This document shows, in pieces, positions 12,560 through 26,017 of a DNA stretch of 64,000 bases (positions are counted from its first letter, which is position 1; each line of letters opens with the position of its first letter). Origin of the DNA: Octopus sinensis (Eukaryota). The position numbers and the translations under genes were made by a program. Location: positions 68,820,001 to 68,884,000 of the forward strand of contig NC_042999.1 of assembly GCF_006345805.1 (NCBI RefSeq), given 5' to 3'. Under the pieces are notes generated by a model that did no database searches, had not been told where the DNA came from, and saw nothing but the letters and a program-made list of their open reading frames with translations.

Positions 12560-13960
12560 TTCTTAAGTGTCTCTCTTCGGCCCTTCTCTTTACCTCCCCT
12601 CGCTCTCTTCTTCCTCTTTCATTTTCACAAACTCTAACACCGCGTTTTCTCACTATCTAAAGCCCATCTAGCTGAACAGGCTCTCTCCCCCTCTCTCTCT
12701 TCGTCTCTCTCTCTCTCTCCATCTCTCCCTTCGTCTCTCTCTCTCTTCATCTCTCCCCCTCTCTCCCCCTCTCTCCCCGCCTCTCCTCCCTCTCTCTGGT
12801 TTGGATGAATATTTCTCTCACCTCTGTTTCTTCTTTCTCTCCTCTTCATTAATTCTCTTTCTCACTATATTAATCGATGCTTAGAAAATTTACAATCTCT
12901 CTCTCGATCTATCTCTGTCTCTCACTCACTCACTCACTTTCTGAATCATACACACTCTCTCCCCCTGTCCTTCTCCCTTTCTCACATCACTTCTGATATT
13001 TTGTTCTCTCTTACTGCTTCTATCTTGTCCTTATCGATCTCTCTTTCACTCAATGATCCATTTTCACTCCTTCTCTCCCTCCTTCTCTCGCTCCTTTCTC
13101 TCTCTTTCTTCTCTCTCTCACTCGCTCTGGAGTTTACCCCCCACCCTCCATTTCACTCTATCCTCTCTCCCCCTTTCACTCACACAATACGTCCTTCTTC
13201 ATTATCTCAATCGCCTCTATTCTTTAATTATCCACTCACTCTTCTTCTTTTTCTCAATTCATAATACATTTATTTCTCTCTCTCTGTTACTCATTCTCTC
13301 TCTCTTTCTCACTCACTCACTCAGTTGCTCACTCACTCACTCACTCACTCACTCACTCACTTACTTACTTATTCATTCATTCTCTCTACTTTCTCATAAA
13401 ACTTCTATATTCTATCTCCCACTCTATCTCTCTTCACTCATCATACATTGTCTCCCCACTATATCTCTCTCTCTCTCTCTGTCTCTCTCTCTCTCCCTCT
13501 CACTCCCTCACTTCACTATCCGATCTCTTTTGTCTCTTTTTCCCTTTTTCCATTCATAACACAACTCTTTCTCTCGATGTCCCTGCATTCATTATACACT
13601 GTCTCTCACACATTGTTTCTCTCTGTCTCTCTCGCTCCCTATATCTCCCCCTCTCCCTCTCTCTCCCTAGTTCTCTCTTTAGTTATCATACACATTCTCT
13701 CTTACTCCCTCTAACACACACTCTCTCTCTCTCACTTCACTGTCCGCTGTCTCTTATCTTGCTTTCTCGTTTTCTATTCATACCACATCTCCCTCTCTCT
13801 CTCTCTTGTCTTTTCATTCATCATGCATTGTCTCTCACACAATATATCTCTCTCTGTCTTTCTCGCTCTCCTTCTCTCTCTCCCTCTCCTCTCTCTCTCT
13901 CTCCCCTCTCTCTCTCCTTCTCTGTGTATATCTCTTCTCTCTCCTCACAGCTTAATCTTT
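12560..13960. repeat. Long (CT)n/pyrimidine-rich low-complexity tract
   Basis: Directly visible degenerate CT/CACT repeats. Confidence 0.9.
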
Positions 13961-14139
13961 TGCTTGTGTCACGCTGGACTCCCTTCGTCATCAACAACAA
14001 GGGAAAGTCTTAGAAACTGCAGGTCTTTGAGCAGCGTTCCTTGTCTCCGGTTTGAAGGATCCTATTTGTCCCCTCACGGACACTTTGCAAACTATAATAA
14101 CTCCACTAATAGCTCATGCGCGCCAACCCTAATCCAACC

Positions 14140-14281
14140 AACCATTACCACCACCGCCACCGCCGCCGCCGCCTCCACCGCCGCCACCGCCGCCACCGCC
14201 TCCACCGCCACTCCATCGTTTTCATCATGACTGATCTCATTTCCCTGCCGCAACCAGTTCCCGCCATGACACCAAAGTCAT

Positions 14282-14328
<47 letters not shown>

Positions 14329-15220
14329 ATAATAATAATAATAATAATAATAATATTACTACCACTACTATCACTGCAACTGCTGCTGCTACTACTACCA
14401 CTACTGCTGCTACTACTACTGCTGCAACTCCTGCTACTACTACTGCAACTACTACTACTGCAACTACTACTACTACTACTATTAATACTACTACAACTAC
14501 CACTACCACTACTGCTACCACTATTGCTACTACTACTACTACTAGTAATAGTAGTAGTATTACCAACAATATCACTGCCATTACGCTCAGACTACTCCTC
14601 ATCACCAGCACAAACAACACCGCTACCATCGCCACCAGTACCACTACTACCACTACATCAACCATATTCCCTACTACAACACACCTGCTATCAGTATAAC
14701 CAGCCGCCAACACCACCACCTCTGCCACAACCATTACAACCATCAAAATCACCACCTCCACCACTGCTACATCCACCATATCCGCTACTAGCATACCCCA
14801 ACAATCAGTATAACCATCCGCCACCACCACACCACCGCAACCACCGCACCACCACCGCCGCCGCCACCACCACCACTACCACTACATCAACCATATTCGC
14901 TACTACCACATACCTACTATCAGTATAACCAGCCGCCAACTCCACCGCAGCCGCCAACTCCACCGCAGCCGCCACCACCTCTGCCACAACCACCACCACC
15001 ACTATCTCTTCCACAACCATTACAACCATCAAAACCATCACACCACCATATCCGCAACTTGCATACCCCCAGAATCATTATAACCGTCCGTCACCACCAC
15101 ACCACACAACACCACCACCGCCGCCACCGCCGCTACCACCACCACCACCGCAGTCACCACAACTACCACTATCACTCCAATACCACCACCACCACCACCA
15201 CTATGTTCACCGTTTGCAGA
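14140..15220. repeat. Compound trinucleotide (CCG/CTA/ATA/CCA)n tract with embedded degenerate units
   Basis: Directly visible. The TCAGTATAACCAGCCGCC-like motif recurs four times at 14660-15090. Confidence 0.9.
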
Positions 15221-15504
15221 AATAGAAATTCTAGCAAAAACAGTGTAAATATTAATAAGGAAGTTTCAACGTACAAAGAATTTCCGAACTGGAATTCCTA
15301 AATGTTTTTCTAGAATCAGAAAGTTACCCATCCGACGTTACATTTTCCTCAGTGATTACTTAAAGGCTTCGTTAAACTGACGTTTAAATAAATACGAGCC
15401 AATAAATTTGGAACTAAATGCTTGAGCTGATATTTTCTAATTCAGGGCTGATCTGAGGTTAAATAAGAATAGTGTCACACCACCAGAAGCACTAGTTTCA
15501 TCCA

Positions 15505-15915
15505 GTGGCGATTGGCAGACCCTTTAGCCCGCCGGGCGAAATGCTTAGCTACGCTCTCAGTTCAAATTCCACCGAGGTCGACTTTGCCTTTCATCCTTTC
15601 GGAGTCGATAAATTAAGTACCAGTTACACACTGGGGTCGATGAAATCGATTTAATCCGTTTGTCTGTCCTTGTTTGTCCTCTCTGTGTTTAGCCCCTTGT
15701 GGGTAGTAAAGAAATAGACATTTTGTCTGTCTTTACGTTCTGAGTTCATCTTTACGTTCTCATCCATCTTTACGTTCAAATGCTACCGAGGTCGACCATG
15801 CCTTTCATCCCTTCGGGGTCATAAATTAAGAACCAGTTGACCACCGAGATAGATGTAATCGTCTAACATCTTCCCCCAAATCTCAAGCCTTGAGCCTATA
15901 GTAGAAAGAATTATT
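15505..15915 (+). mobile_element. Dimeric SINE-A
   Basis: The first monomer ends TTAGCCCCTTGTGGGTAGTAAAGAAATAG and runs directly into a second monomer starting at ATTTTGTCTGTCTTTACGTTCTGAGTTC. Confidence 0.85.
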
Positions 15916-15959
15916 CACAATGTAACCAAGTAGATCTTACAGATTTCAAAATAATTCTT

Positions 15960-16800
15960 TCTTCCTATTCTAGGCACTAAGTCTGAAATTTGGGGTTGGG
16001 GCTGGTACGGATATGTCCTCTAGATCATCCAGCTAGGGCTTCACTGTCATTCCACGCAGCAGATGGCTCGACGTAATTGGGGAAGATCTTCAGAGGTTCG
16101 ACGTCACCTTGGAAGGATGCAGAAGGGTAGGTACGGGATTGAGAGGATTTATGGACTCATTCTTTCGGGGATCGATGAAATAAGTACCAGCTGAGCACTG
16201 AGGACGATGTAATCGGTTAGCCACTACCCGCAAAATTCCAGGTCTTATGCCTATAGCTGAAAGAATTAATGGCAGCCTGTGAGAGCGGTAAGCTGACAAG
16301 TGGCATTTCTTCCGGTTTATCGTTCCGAGTTCAAACGCCACAAATGTCGACCCAGCCCTCCGCCCTTTCGGGGTCGATTAAATACGTACTAGTCAAACAC
16401 TGGGATCAATTCAATCGACTAGCTTGGTTTCGTGCTCTTGCTTGATGGAGCTAGGAATATCCCAAGTTAGTGGTCCCAGAGTTGTCATGCCTAGTTGTTG
16501 GTCTTGTGCCGAAATCTGAAACCAATATTAGAAGACAGAAGTTACAGAGTGGCTCAAAACACGAGAGTTCGTGCATTGTCACTTACCACGTTTCAACCTA
16601 TCATTATAATTATGATTAAGGCGGCGAGCGAGCAGAATCGATAATAAGCTGGGCAAATGCTTAGCGGCATTTCGTTCCGGGTTCAAATTTCGCCGAAGTA
16701 TTAGTCGATTACATCGACTGAATCTTGGACATTTACCGCCCCCACCACATGGACAATAACCCCCTCCCCTCAAAAGACAATTACATCTGAGGACAACAGA
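15960..16800. mobile_element. Degenerate SINE-A fragments
   Basis: GGGATCGATGAAATAAGTACCAG, GAGTTCAAACGCC and AAGGCGGCGAGCGAGCAGAATCG...TTCAAATTTCGCC. Confidence 0.75.
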
Positions 16801-16991
16801 TGATGATTTAAAACTTCCTAATATATTGGAGAGGGGGTAATTAACCAAGGCGGAGTAATCGTTCTGATACAAATCGACTAACCCGCTCTCGATCATGCTG
16901 GCCCTGTACCAAAATCTATAATCTTTATAATAATCATGATTTTCCATCAAATATAGCTGTCTGTTTTGTTTTTTTAATAATAGATGATATT

Positions 16992-17696
16992 CAGTAGTCC
17001 CTCGACTGTCGCGAATGTTACGTTCCACGAACTCCAGCGATAGGTGAAAATCCGTGAAGTAGAAGCAGTACTGTATATTTCTTTTCTTTATTTATAATTT
17101 GTATATATTTATTTCATTATTTTTATATATTTCAGCTTTCATGAACTCTCCCCACACTCTTAGGAGAACCCGTGTCTTCTCTCTCTCTCTCTTTCTCCTT
17201 TTTTTTTTTTTTTTTTTTTTGCAGATGAGGAACATAGCGATGGGCAGTTGCTGGCACTGATTTTTCTTCTACGTCAGGAAGAAAGCTTTAGATGGTGCAA
17301 ACCGTTTGGGCGACATCATGGGGCTTGAAATAAATTCACAACTTTACACGCAAATGCAAAACTACACCGCACACTCGCCTCCCGAGTTTCGTTTTCCACA
17401 CAGTATGTGCGATTCTTTGTTTACTCATCTACGGTACACTTACGTTTTTCTTTTAATATATTTTAATTAATGTGTTATACAGTGCAATACTGTATTATAT
17501 CTTTATTTATTAATTTATTAATTTTTTATGTGTGAAAATGCTTATTTTATCATAGAAATTATTAAAATCTAAAAAAATATAAATACCTATCGGCCGCAGA
17601 AACCCGCGATATACTGAGGAGTCCGTGATATAAATTTATATATATTAACCACAAGAATCCGTGATAGGTGAATCGCGGTATGGCGAGTGATTGCTG
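16992..17696 (-). mobile_element. pogo/Tigger-like non-autonomous DNA transposon relic
   Basis: Degenerate TIRs CAGTAGTCCCTCGACTGTCGCG (16992) and the reverse complement CAGCAATCACTCGCCATACCGCG (ending 17696, followed by TA). The minus strand MSPKRFAPSKA at 17316 resembles Tigger N-termini. The left TA TSD is not intact. Confidence 0.6.
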
Positions 17697-17888
17697 TATT
17701 CATTAGAGTCTCAGAAGAAAAAATCTTTGTAGTACATAATTTCTGTTTTTTTTTGTTTTTTTTTTTACATTCTGAGGTCACAATACGCCGAGGTCAATTT
17801 GGTGCTTCATCTTCTCGCCAGTCAATGAAAGAAACTACCAATCAGTCATGTAATGATACGATAAAATCATTCATACATCTCATGTGAA

Positions 17889-18210
17889 GGCGAGTGGCTT
17901 AATGATTTGGCTTTTCGGCTCACGACTGAAAGTTCGTGACCCCCATAATATGCAGCGCGTTTTGTCCCTGAGTAAAGCATTTTTACTTCACGTTGCTCCA
18001 GTTCACTCAGCTAGCAAAAATGAGTATAACTTGTATTTCAAAGGGCCAGCCTTATTGCATTTCGTGTCATGCAGAATTTCCGTGAGAACTACGTTAAAGG
18101 TACGCGTGTCTGTAGAGTGCTCAACCACTTGCACGTTAATCTCACAAGCAGGCTTGTTCTCTTGATCGGATCAACTGGAACCCCCGTCGTCGTCAACAAC
18201 ACAGTGCCAG
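17889..18210 (+). mobile_element. Third tRNA-headed SINE family (C)
   Basis: GGCGAGTGGCTTAATG head, GTCCCTGAGTAAAGCATTTTACTTCACGTTGCTCCAGTTCACTCAGCT body. A related CTCATTTTTGCCAGCTGAGTG motif occurs at about 38230. Confidence 0.65.
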
Positions 18211-18791
18211 TTATGATATGTGGCCTAGCACACATGTAAAGAAGCAGCATTAGTGTTCTCCTTATTTATTTGCTCATATTTGGTTAGTGTTCTTGTAGCT
18301 GTTATTTTTACGAGAAAAATCCGTCTTGCTTTTTAAAGTTTATCTTTTAGCAAATGGAGCAGAAGATACGAATGATTTATTCCATAGCTAACCTAAGTAG
18401 CAACATTTGTTGCAACCATTTTAACTGGCGCACATAAATGCGTATGCATGTTGTAGAGATTTGCAAACGTCTCGTCCTATGTCTATATATATATGTCGGA
18501 TAAACATACGTACATACTTCCATCTATTTCTCTCTATATATATATAGACACACACATATATGCATATATCCGTACATTCATAAACCAGTGAAAAAATATA
18601 TGTATTCACATACACACACACAAATACATATGCAGAAACACACAAGTGCTGTGTGTGTATGAACGTATGTATGAGAAAATGTATATATCTGTATGTACGT
18701 CTATATGAGTATGTACATAGATATTTGTTTTTCTAAAATGAATCTCACACACTCTCCAATATGTATCGTATTTACACACACACACACACAT

Positions 18792-18866
<75 letters not shown>

Positions 18867-19090
18867 GGCGCAGGAGTGGCTGTGTGGTAAGTAGCTTGCT
18901 AACCAGCCACATGGTTCCGGGTTCAGTCCCACTGCGTGGCACCTTGGGCAAGTGTCTTCTGCTATAGCCCCGGGCCGACCAATGCCTTGTGAGTGGATTT
19001 GGTAGACGGAAACTGAAAGAAGTCAGTCGTATATATATATATATATATATGTATGTCTGTGTGTTTCTGTTTTTGTCCCCCCTAGCATTG
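18867..19090 (+). mobile_element. SINE-B 5' two-thirds
   Basis: GGCGCAGGAGTGGCTGTGTGGTAAGTAGCTTGC...GGGTTCAGTCCCACTGCGTGGCACCTTGGGCAAGTG. Confidence 0.9.
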
Positions 19091-19415
19091 CGAGGTTTTG
19101 GTCGGCCCGAACTTATACATATACATGCATACATACATACACACGCACACACACACCACACACATATATATATATATATGTATAAGCTTTGATACGACTC
19201 TTAATCTGTCTCTTTTTCTCTCTCTCTCCCTCCTCCCTTATTCCACTTCCGTTCTTTCCCTCTCCATCCGTCCCCCCCCCCTTTCTACGTTTCTCTATCT
19301 CTCTCACCTTCAGCCCCCTCGATCTGTCTCTTTCTTCTCCTCCCTCGTCCACTTCTCTCCCTTTTCATCTGTCCTTTCTCCTGTCTTTTGTTCTCACGTG
19401 ACAGCTAGCCGCTGT

Positions 19416-19515
19416 NNNNNNNNNNNNNNNNNNNNNNNNNNNNNNNNNNNNNNNNNNNNNNNNNNNNNNNNNNNNNNNNNNNNNNNNNNNNNNNNNNNNN
19501 NNNNNNNNNNNNNNN
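19416..19515. other. Assembly gap (100 N)
   Basis: Run of N. Confidence 1.
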
Positions 19516-19609
19516 CCCAGTGTCACTTTGATGGCATGCACTGCTCTCTCACTCAATAATAATAATAATGATGATGATGATGATGATGATGATGATAATA
19601 ATAATAATA

Positions 19610-20085
19610 ATCCTTTGGAACACCCCAATACAAACAGACAGAAAATTTGGCTCCAATCGACCAGACATTGTGATCAAGGACTACAACAGAGGAACTTGTC
19701 TGTTAATAGATATGCCAGTCCCACAAGATCAAAATGTTTCGAGAAAGGAATACGAAAAGCTCTCTCACTATAAAGATCTGCAAATTGAAATCACAAAAAT
19801 GTGGAAGCTTAGTACTACCATAATACGAGTAGTAACTGGTGCATTGGGAATGATAAAGAAGGGAGCTGAGAAGTATATTAAGCAACTCCCTCGTAACTCC
19901 AATCTCCGTGAACAACAAAATATAACCTTGATAGGTACAACCCATATACTATGGAAAGCACTCTCCATCTAAAATGGAATAAATGTGGTGATAATTCTGG
20001 CATGCAGAGCAAGACAAAAGTGTCCTTGCTACTCTTGGCCCGGTACTAAGGCAGCTGAAATAAAGTTATTACGAAAGGAATCCAT
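19610..20085 (+). mobile_element. R4/Dong-like non-LTR retrotransposon 3' end (restriction-like endonuclease domain plus 3' UTR)
   Basis: ILWNTPIQTDR...NRPDIVIKD...CLLIDMPVP.D.NV..KE.EKL..YKDL..EI.KMW...ALGMI, a PD-(D/E)xK RLE signature. Flanked by (AAT)n/(GAT)n. Confidence 0.85.
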
Positions 20086-20156
20086 AAATGATAATGATAA
20101 TCGCAACAACAATAATAATGATGATGATGATGATGATGATGATGAGAATAATATTG

Positions 20157-20218
<62 letters not shown>

Positions 20219-20219
20219 T

Positions 20220-20249
<30 letters not shown>

Positions 20250-20250
<1 letters not shown>

Positions 20251-20530
20251 AAATGTGGCATCTTAAAGCGAGAACTGCCCCTGTTATTGTAGTTGCCCTA
20301 GGTATGATAAAAAAGAGATGTCAGAAACATCTAGATAAGGTCTTAAGAGAACCATGTCTCAGAGAAATTCAAAAGATTGTGCTGCCAATTTCTATTTCAA
20401 GATCTTTATACTTGCACAGTTTTTGGTAGGTCTTGACAGATACAGTTATGTCGATTTAGACAGTCATATCGAGGAGATGGCTTGACTTGTCTGAAGTGCT
20501 TCAATATAATGTCTGGCCTATTGGCATCTA
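20250..20530 (+). mobile_element. R4/Dong-like extreme 3' fragment
   Basis: KMWHLKARTAPVIVVALGMIKKRCQKHLDKV..EPCLREIQKIVL, homologous to the preceding copy. It begins directly after (AAT)n. Confidence 0.75.
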
Positions 20531-20557
20531 TTAATATTATTATTATTATTATTATTA

Positions 20558-20610
<53 letters not shown>

Positions 20611-20622
20611 TATTATTATTAT

Positions 20623-21223
20623 TGAGTGAGAGGGCAGTGCATGCCATTAAAGTGACACTGGGGTAAAATATACGAAGCCCAGTATACCCATCATGACTAC
20701 CCGTCTGATAAGGGTACACTAGGCACATGCATCACATACATATGTGTGCGACATGGTGATCTTTTATCAAGATAAACAACGCATGACCTTGCAGGTGGGG
20801 CCCAGTTAGAATTTTCTTCTGGTCGAGTAGCCCATCCCACTCAAAGGGTCCCTGAATAAGGATTGTTTAAGGATGTTGAACGAACTACCCATGTTTTCAA
20901 AGGTGACTTATCCAAACCTCCAAGAATTCCTTTCAACACATGGCTATGATGCTCCCCCACTACTTCTGCTTGTGATGATATGTGCAGAGATGCACATATC
21001 GCCAGCCACTAAGGGATATGCTCAACTGGTTAAGGTGAAACAACTGACAAGCAGATCTGTGGTATTGAGCAGAATATTTGCTGTAGCCCATCTTTGATAC
21101 CAAGACAAAACAATGTACATGATAACTCTTCCAATCAGTTAAGATCAGAAGCCATGAGAGCCACTGCCTGGTACTGCATCAGGGCATGTACTGCATCAGG
21201 GCATTTACTGCATCAGGGCATTT

Positions 21224-21225
<2 letters not shown>
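20623..21225 (-). mobile_element. Unclassified retroposon-like interspersed repeat
   Basis: Its end ...GCATGCACTG(C/T)(C/T)CTCTCACTC(AAT)n also occurs in the opposite orientation at 19517-19560. A triple GTACTGCATCAGGGCAT-like repeat lies at the other end. No ORF. Confidence 0.5.
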
Positions 21226-21254
<29 letters not shown>

Positions 21255-21842
21255 TGAGGATTATCCAAGGAGAAACGACATCACCCCTACTTTTCTGCCT
21301 TGCTCTGATCCTGCTAAAAAAACTTGTTAAATGAAACCAGTATGGGTTACAGATGTTATGGACAAACAATAAACCATCTCATGTATATGGATGATTTAAA
21401 AGTTTTCGCTAAAAATACCACTGAACACAGAAGCCTAAAAATTGTCCATAGATTCAGCAAAGACATCGGGATGAGCATGGGGCTGGACAAATGTGCCGAA
21501 GTCACACTGAGAAGAAGCAAATTAATCAGCACTGAAAGCCCTGCACTCGACAAAGACAGAAATCACAGAATTACACCACAACTGCCCATACAAATACCTA
21601 GGAATAGGCGAAGCAGCTAAATTATAACAGAAAGAGAACATTTGGAAAAAGTATTACAGAAGAGTTAGATGAATATTAATCAATAAACGCAATGCTAAAA
21701 ATAAGTTACTAGGGGTAAATACGATCGCCATGCCAATAATTCTCTTGACAGAGAAGTGAGCCTAAGAAAAAGCCAACAAGTACTCAAATGCTCTGGACTA
21801 AAAGCTGAATTGGAAAGACTGATGCACACTGAAGAAAACCAA
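21255..21842 (+). mobile_element. R4/Dong-like reverse transcriptase fragment
   Basis: Degenerate QG..SPLLFCLAL followed by INHLMYMDDLKVFAK...FSKDIGMSMGLDKCA (YMDD catalytic motif), later SGLKAE. It starts after (AAT)n. Confidence 0.85.
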
Positions 21843-21845
21843 TGC

Positions 21846-22022
<177 letters not shown>

Positions 22023-22045
22023 AATCGCTCTGTTTCTTTCTCTCT

Positions 22046-22082
<37 letters not shown>

Positions 22083-22083
<1 letters not shown>

Positions 22084-22388
22084 TAGCAATATCGCCCGGC
22101 GTTGCTCGGCTTTGTAAGGGAAATAACTATATAAGCATTTTTAGAGAGTTACTTCCCTTATATAACCCGAGTAAAACTCATTAATAATGCGGAAAAATGA
22201 TGGTAATTTTTTTTTAAATCGTAGACTCATCGTAGACGCGCGCTAATACCCAGAAGGGCTCGATATGAATGACGATTATAAGATACCCGCTTTTGGTTAA
22301 ACTGCACCGCAAAATGTGGGAGTAGTTAGGAATCTAAATCGGAGGAGACAGAGTCTCACACACACAACTTTAATTTTATATATAAAGA
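22083..22388 (-). mobile_element. Non-autonomous Helitron (306 bp)
   Basis: The minus strand starts A|TC TTTATATATAAAA and ends with an imperfect hairpin CCGAGCAACGCCGG followed by CTAG|T. This gives an A/T target with no TSD, which are the canonical Helitron hallmarks. Confidence 0.8.
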
Positions 22389-22469
22389 TGTACACACACA
22401 CATACACACATATACGCATACACACACAAACACACACACACACACATACACAAATATATATTCTTCTTT

Positions 22470-22900
22470 TCTTCTATTCTTTTTCTTGTTTCAGTGATTT
22501 GACTGCGCCTATGCTGCAGTACGGCTTTGAAGGGTTGAAGTCGAACATATCGACTCCAGGGTTTATTTTTTAAGCCCAGTATTTATTCTATGGGTCTCTT
22601 TTGCCTAATCGCTAATTTTACGGGGATGCAAACATATCAACGCCGTCTGTGAAGCGGTGATGGGGGACAAACACAACGACGGGCTTCTTTCAATTTCCAT
22701 CTACCGAATCTATTCACAAGCCTTTGGTCACCCCGAGGCAATAGTAGAAAACGCTTGCCCAAGGTGCCACACAGAGCAACTGGATTCGGAACAATGTGGT
22801 AGACGGAAATTGAAAGAAGCCCCCCCCCCCGCCGTCGTTGTGCTTGTCTCGCACCACCGCTTCACAACCGGTGTTGATATATTTGCGTCCCCGTAACTTA
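22470..22900. mobile_element. Rearranged SINE-B fragments
   Basis: Minus-strand 3' half (22470-22800), then GGTAGACGGAAATTGAAAGAAGCCC...CCCCGTAACTTAGC on plus. Confidence 0.75.
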
Positions 22901-22957
22901 GCTTCTTATAACACAACCACGCCTGTGCCGGTACGTATGTATATATATATATATATT

Positions 22958-24108
22958 ATATATGAAAAACAAGTAAAAAATAGAAAATGCTAAAATAATT
23001 TTATAGTGAACATTTCAGTACCGGTTTCGGTCATTTTGAGACCTTTTCAACTGTAACGATTAAATAATTAAATTTAGAAAAATTAGAAGAAAAGTTTTTT
23101 TTAAAAGAATATTTCTATAGTAGTGTTCAGATTTAAGTGGCATTCTGCCGTCTCTGACTCCCTTGTTTGCACTTGTGTGTTCGAGGTAGTTGTGAGTTCT
23201 TGGTAGGGTAGTAGAGGGAAGGCTGGTGAGGAAAGGGGGGGGGGGAGAATCCTCCAAATACACACGATCATAAAAAGCAAACGACAGCCTAGATCCATGA
23301 AAAGTCTCCTTACACAAGCCCGAATTCACTCTTCAACACAGAAGCCGACAGTAAAAAATTTGGAAGACCCAATTGCGGGATATGCGACTATCTAATCGGG
23401 TTCTGAGTTCTCCTTCAAACAGGGAAAACGTTTACAGTGAAAAGCAACTTCACATGTGCTTCGGAGAACCTAATATACTCACTAACCTGCTCCGGGTGTC
23501 AAGAGCAGTACATAGGCCAAACAAAAAATGGTTTGCGTAAACGAATGGCCCTGCACAGATCCCAGATAAAAAATCCCCCAAAACAGAAAAATAGCTTTTA
23601 GCCAACACATAGATACTTGCGCCAAAAAAAAAACACCAAACTTCAGAATTTTCCCCTCACCAATTTAGGGGACCGATACAACCTCGAGACAACGAATAAG
23701 TAAAGAAAACCTCTTTATTACAAAATACAAGCCACTTCTTAACGGGTCTACGACAAACAATTAATATACCTCAACTTTAGAATAAAAGAAAAAAATATAT
23801 ATACACACACAAATACTACACTCCATAGAATCCATTACTAATCAGCCCCTTCATAGCATATTTACACCCATTCATATTCTCCCTTCTCTGTTTTTTCTCT
23901 TCTTCTTCTTCCTCTTCTTTTTCATCATCATCGTTATCATCATCATCGGCATCATCATCATCGCCACCATCATCACCACCATCTTCTCCTTCTCCTCTTC
24001 TTCTTCTTCTTCTTCTTCTTCATCATCATCGTTATCATCATCATCGTCGTCATAATCATCACCACCATCACCATCATCGTCATCTTTCCTTCTCCTTCTC
24101 CTTCTCTT

Positions 24109-24139
<31 letters not shown>

Positions 24140-24620
24140 TTCTTCTCTTCTTCTCCACCCCCTACCCCTTAAGTTTGTCACTAATGTTTTTTTAGTATAA
24201 CACCTACGCTAATTCTATAAACAAGCCTGTCAATATAATATTCTCCTGAATTGAACTGAGACTGCCAGCCGCCACTGACCATTCAAAATACGACCATCAG
24301 GGCACTCCCAGATTCTCCACCCCCCTTCCTCACCAGCCTTCCCTCTGCTACCCTACCAAGAACTCACAACTACCTCGACACACAAGTGCAAACAAGGGAG
24401 TCAGAGAAGGCAGAATGCCACTTAAATCTGAACACTACTATAGAAATATTCTTTTAAAAAAACTTTTCTTCTAATTTTTCTAAATTTAATTATTTAATCG
24501 TTACAGTTGAAAAGGTCTCAAAATGACCGAAACCGGTACTGAAATGTTCACTATAAAATTATTTTAGCATTTTCTATTTTTTACTTGTTTTTTCATATAT
24601 ATCAACTCGTGTGTTCCTTT
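22958..24620 (+). mobile_element. Penelope-like element relic with GIY-YIG endonuclease, bounded by about 290-bp inverted pseudo-LTRs
   Basis: 23270-23570 encodes, with frameshifts, KRQPRSMKSLLTQAR...RPNCGICDYL...NFTCASENLIYSLTCSGCQEQYIGQTKNGLRKRMALHR. Inverted repeats at 22958-23251 and 24311-24602 are near-identical. Confidence 0.9.
24501..24544 (+). ncRNA. Minimal type I hammerhead ribozyme, U3-A8 variant (mirror copy 23014-23056 minus)
   Basis: CAG-TTGAAAA-GGTC(TCAAAAT)GACC-GAAA-CCGG-TA-CTG. Stem II is perfect, stem III is the palindrome ACCGGT, and the cleavage triplet is GUA. Confidence 0.7.
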
Positions 24621-24691
24621 TCACCCTTATACATATATTATATACTATATATATATATATATTATATATATATATATAATATATATATATA

Positions 24692-24737
<46 letters not shown>

Positions 24738-25374
24738 ATATGTATGTATGTATAGGAGAGAGAGGAGGGAGAGAAGGAGAGAGGGGAGAGAGGGAGAGAA
24801 CGATAAGAATAACTGAAGTAGTGGGAAGTCAAAAAGAAAGAGACGTACAAGTAAAGAGAGAATATGGCGGAGAGATCAAACAAATTTTTCCGACCTTGTT
24901 CACTTGTCGGTTCTCATAAACAAACTATTATCATCGCATTTGTCTGTGCCTCAATCAGTGTGTAAATATCGCTAACCACAGGTCTGTACATGTTTGTGAG
25001 TATATAAACTGATATATTATTTACGTATGCGAATTAATAAATTTTTGTTTAAATAATTATTTGTATAGATGCATGTGTATCTAGTTGTACATACTTGTAT
25101 ATGGAAATTACTCTGAACAAGATAATATACAACTGAATAACTTATTCATACGCAAAAACAAAACTTCGTCTGAAAGTATGCCAAGCAGGAAGTTATATAT
25201 AAATGTAGTATATACACACACTAAGAAACGAATTGCACATGCACAAACAGTTAAGCAAGTATACACGCACAGACACACACACTCACACATTTATATTCAT
25301 TAATAGAAAGGTTTGTCTTATGCATATGTTATATGAACGTATGTATGTATTTGGATATATATACATACATATAA

Positions 25375-25424
<50 letters not shown>

Positions 25425-25963
25425 TGTGTGTGTGTGTGTGTGTGTGTGTTGTGTGTGTGTGTATGTATGTATGTATGTATGTATGTATGTATGTATGTAT
25501 GTATGTATGTATGTATGTATGTATGTATGTATGTCTGTATGTAACAAGCTATAAGTCATTGATTATTTTAAATTTTGAATCTTTCCAAGGAGAAATACAC
25601 GATGTAACTCTTTCTAATACTTTTTAAAGCACAAAGTATTATTTTGAATTGAAAAAAAAAATTAATTTATTAATAATGAAGAATATTAGTTTCTGATTAG
25701 ATTCATAATTCATTCGAAGAATGTAAATTAGTTGAGCATTTTGAATAAATGCATATTTACGCAGACGTAAAAGTTATATCGTATTCTACGTTCAAAATTT
25801 GTCTAATGTTTTGTGTATTTTTATGAAAATTTAAATTAGAACATGTTCTGAATTTCTTGGAAGTAGCAATCCTTCAAAAACCAGAAAACCAGAATTTTTT
25901 CCCCGATATTACAAATTAAAGAACTTGAGTGCCTGTAAATATTGCACACACACACACACACAA

Positions 25964-26017
<54 letters not shown>

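Noticed and set aside
19517-19560. Inverted copy of the 20623 repeat abutting the gap as a large hairpin structure
   Set aside because: Only about 37 bp are visible and the rest is hidden in Ns, so the extent cannot be supported.
22085-22105. ACGCCGGGCGA shared between the Helitron 3' end and the SINE-A head
   Set aside because: Only about 11 bp match and there is no further alignment, so chance cannot be excluded.
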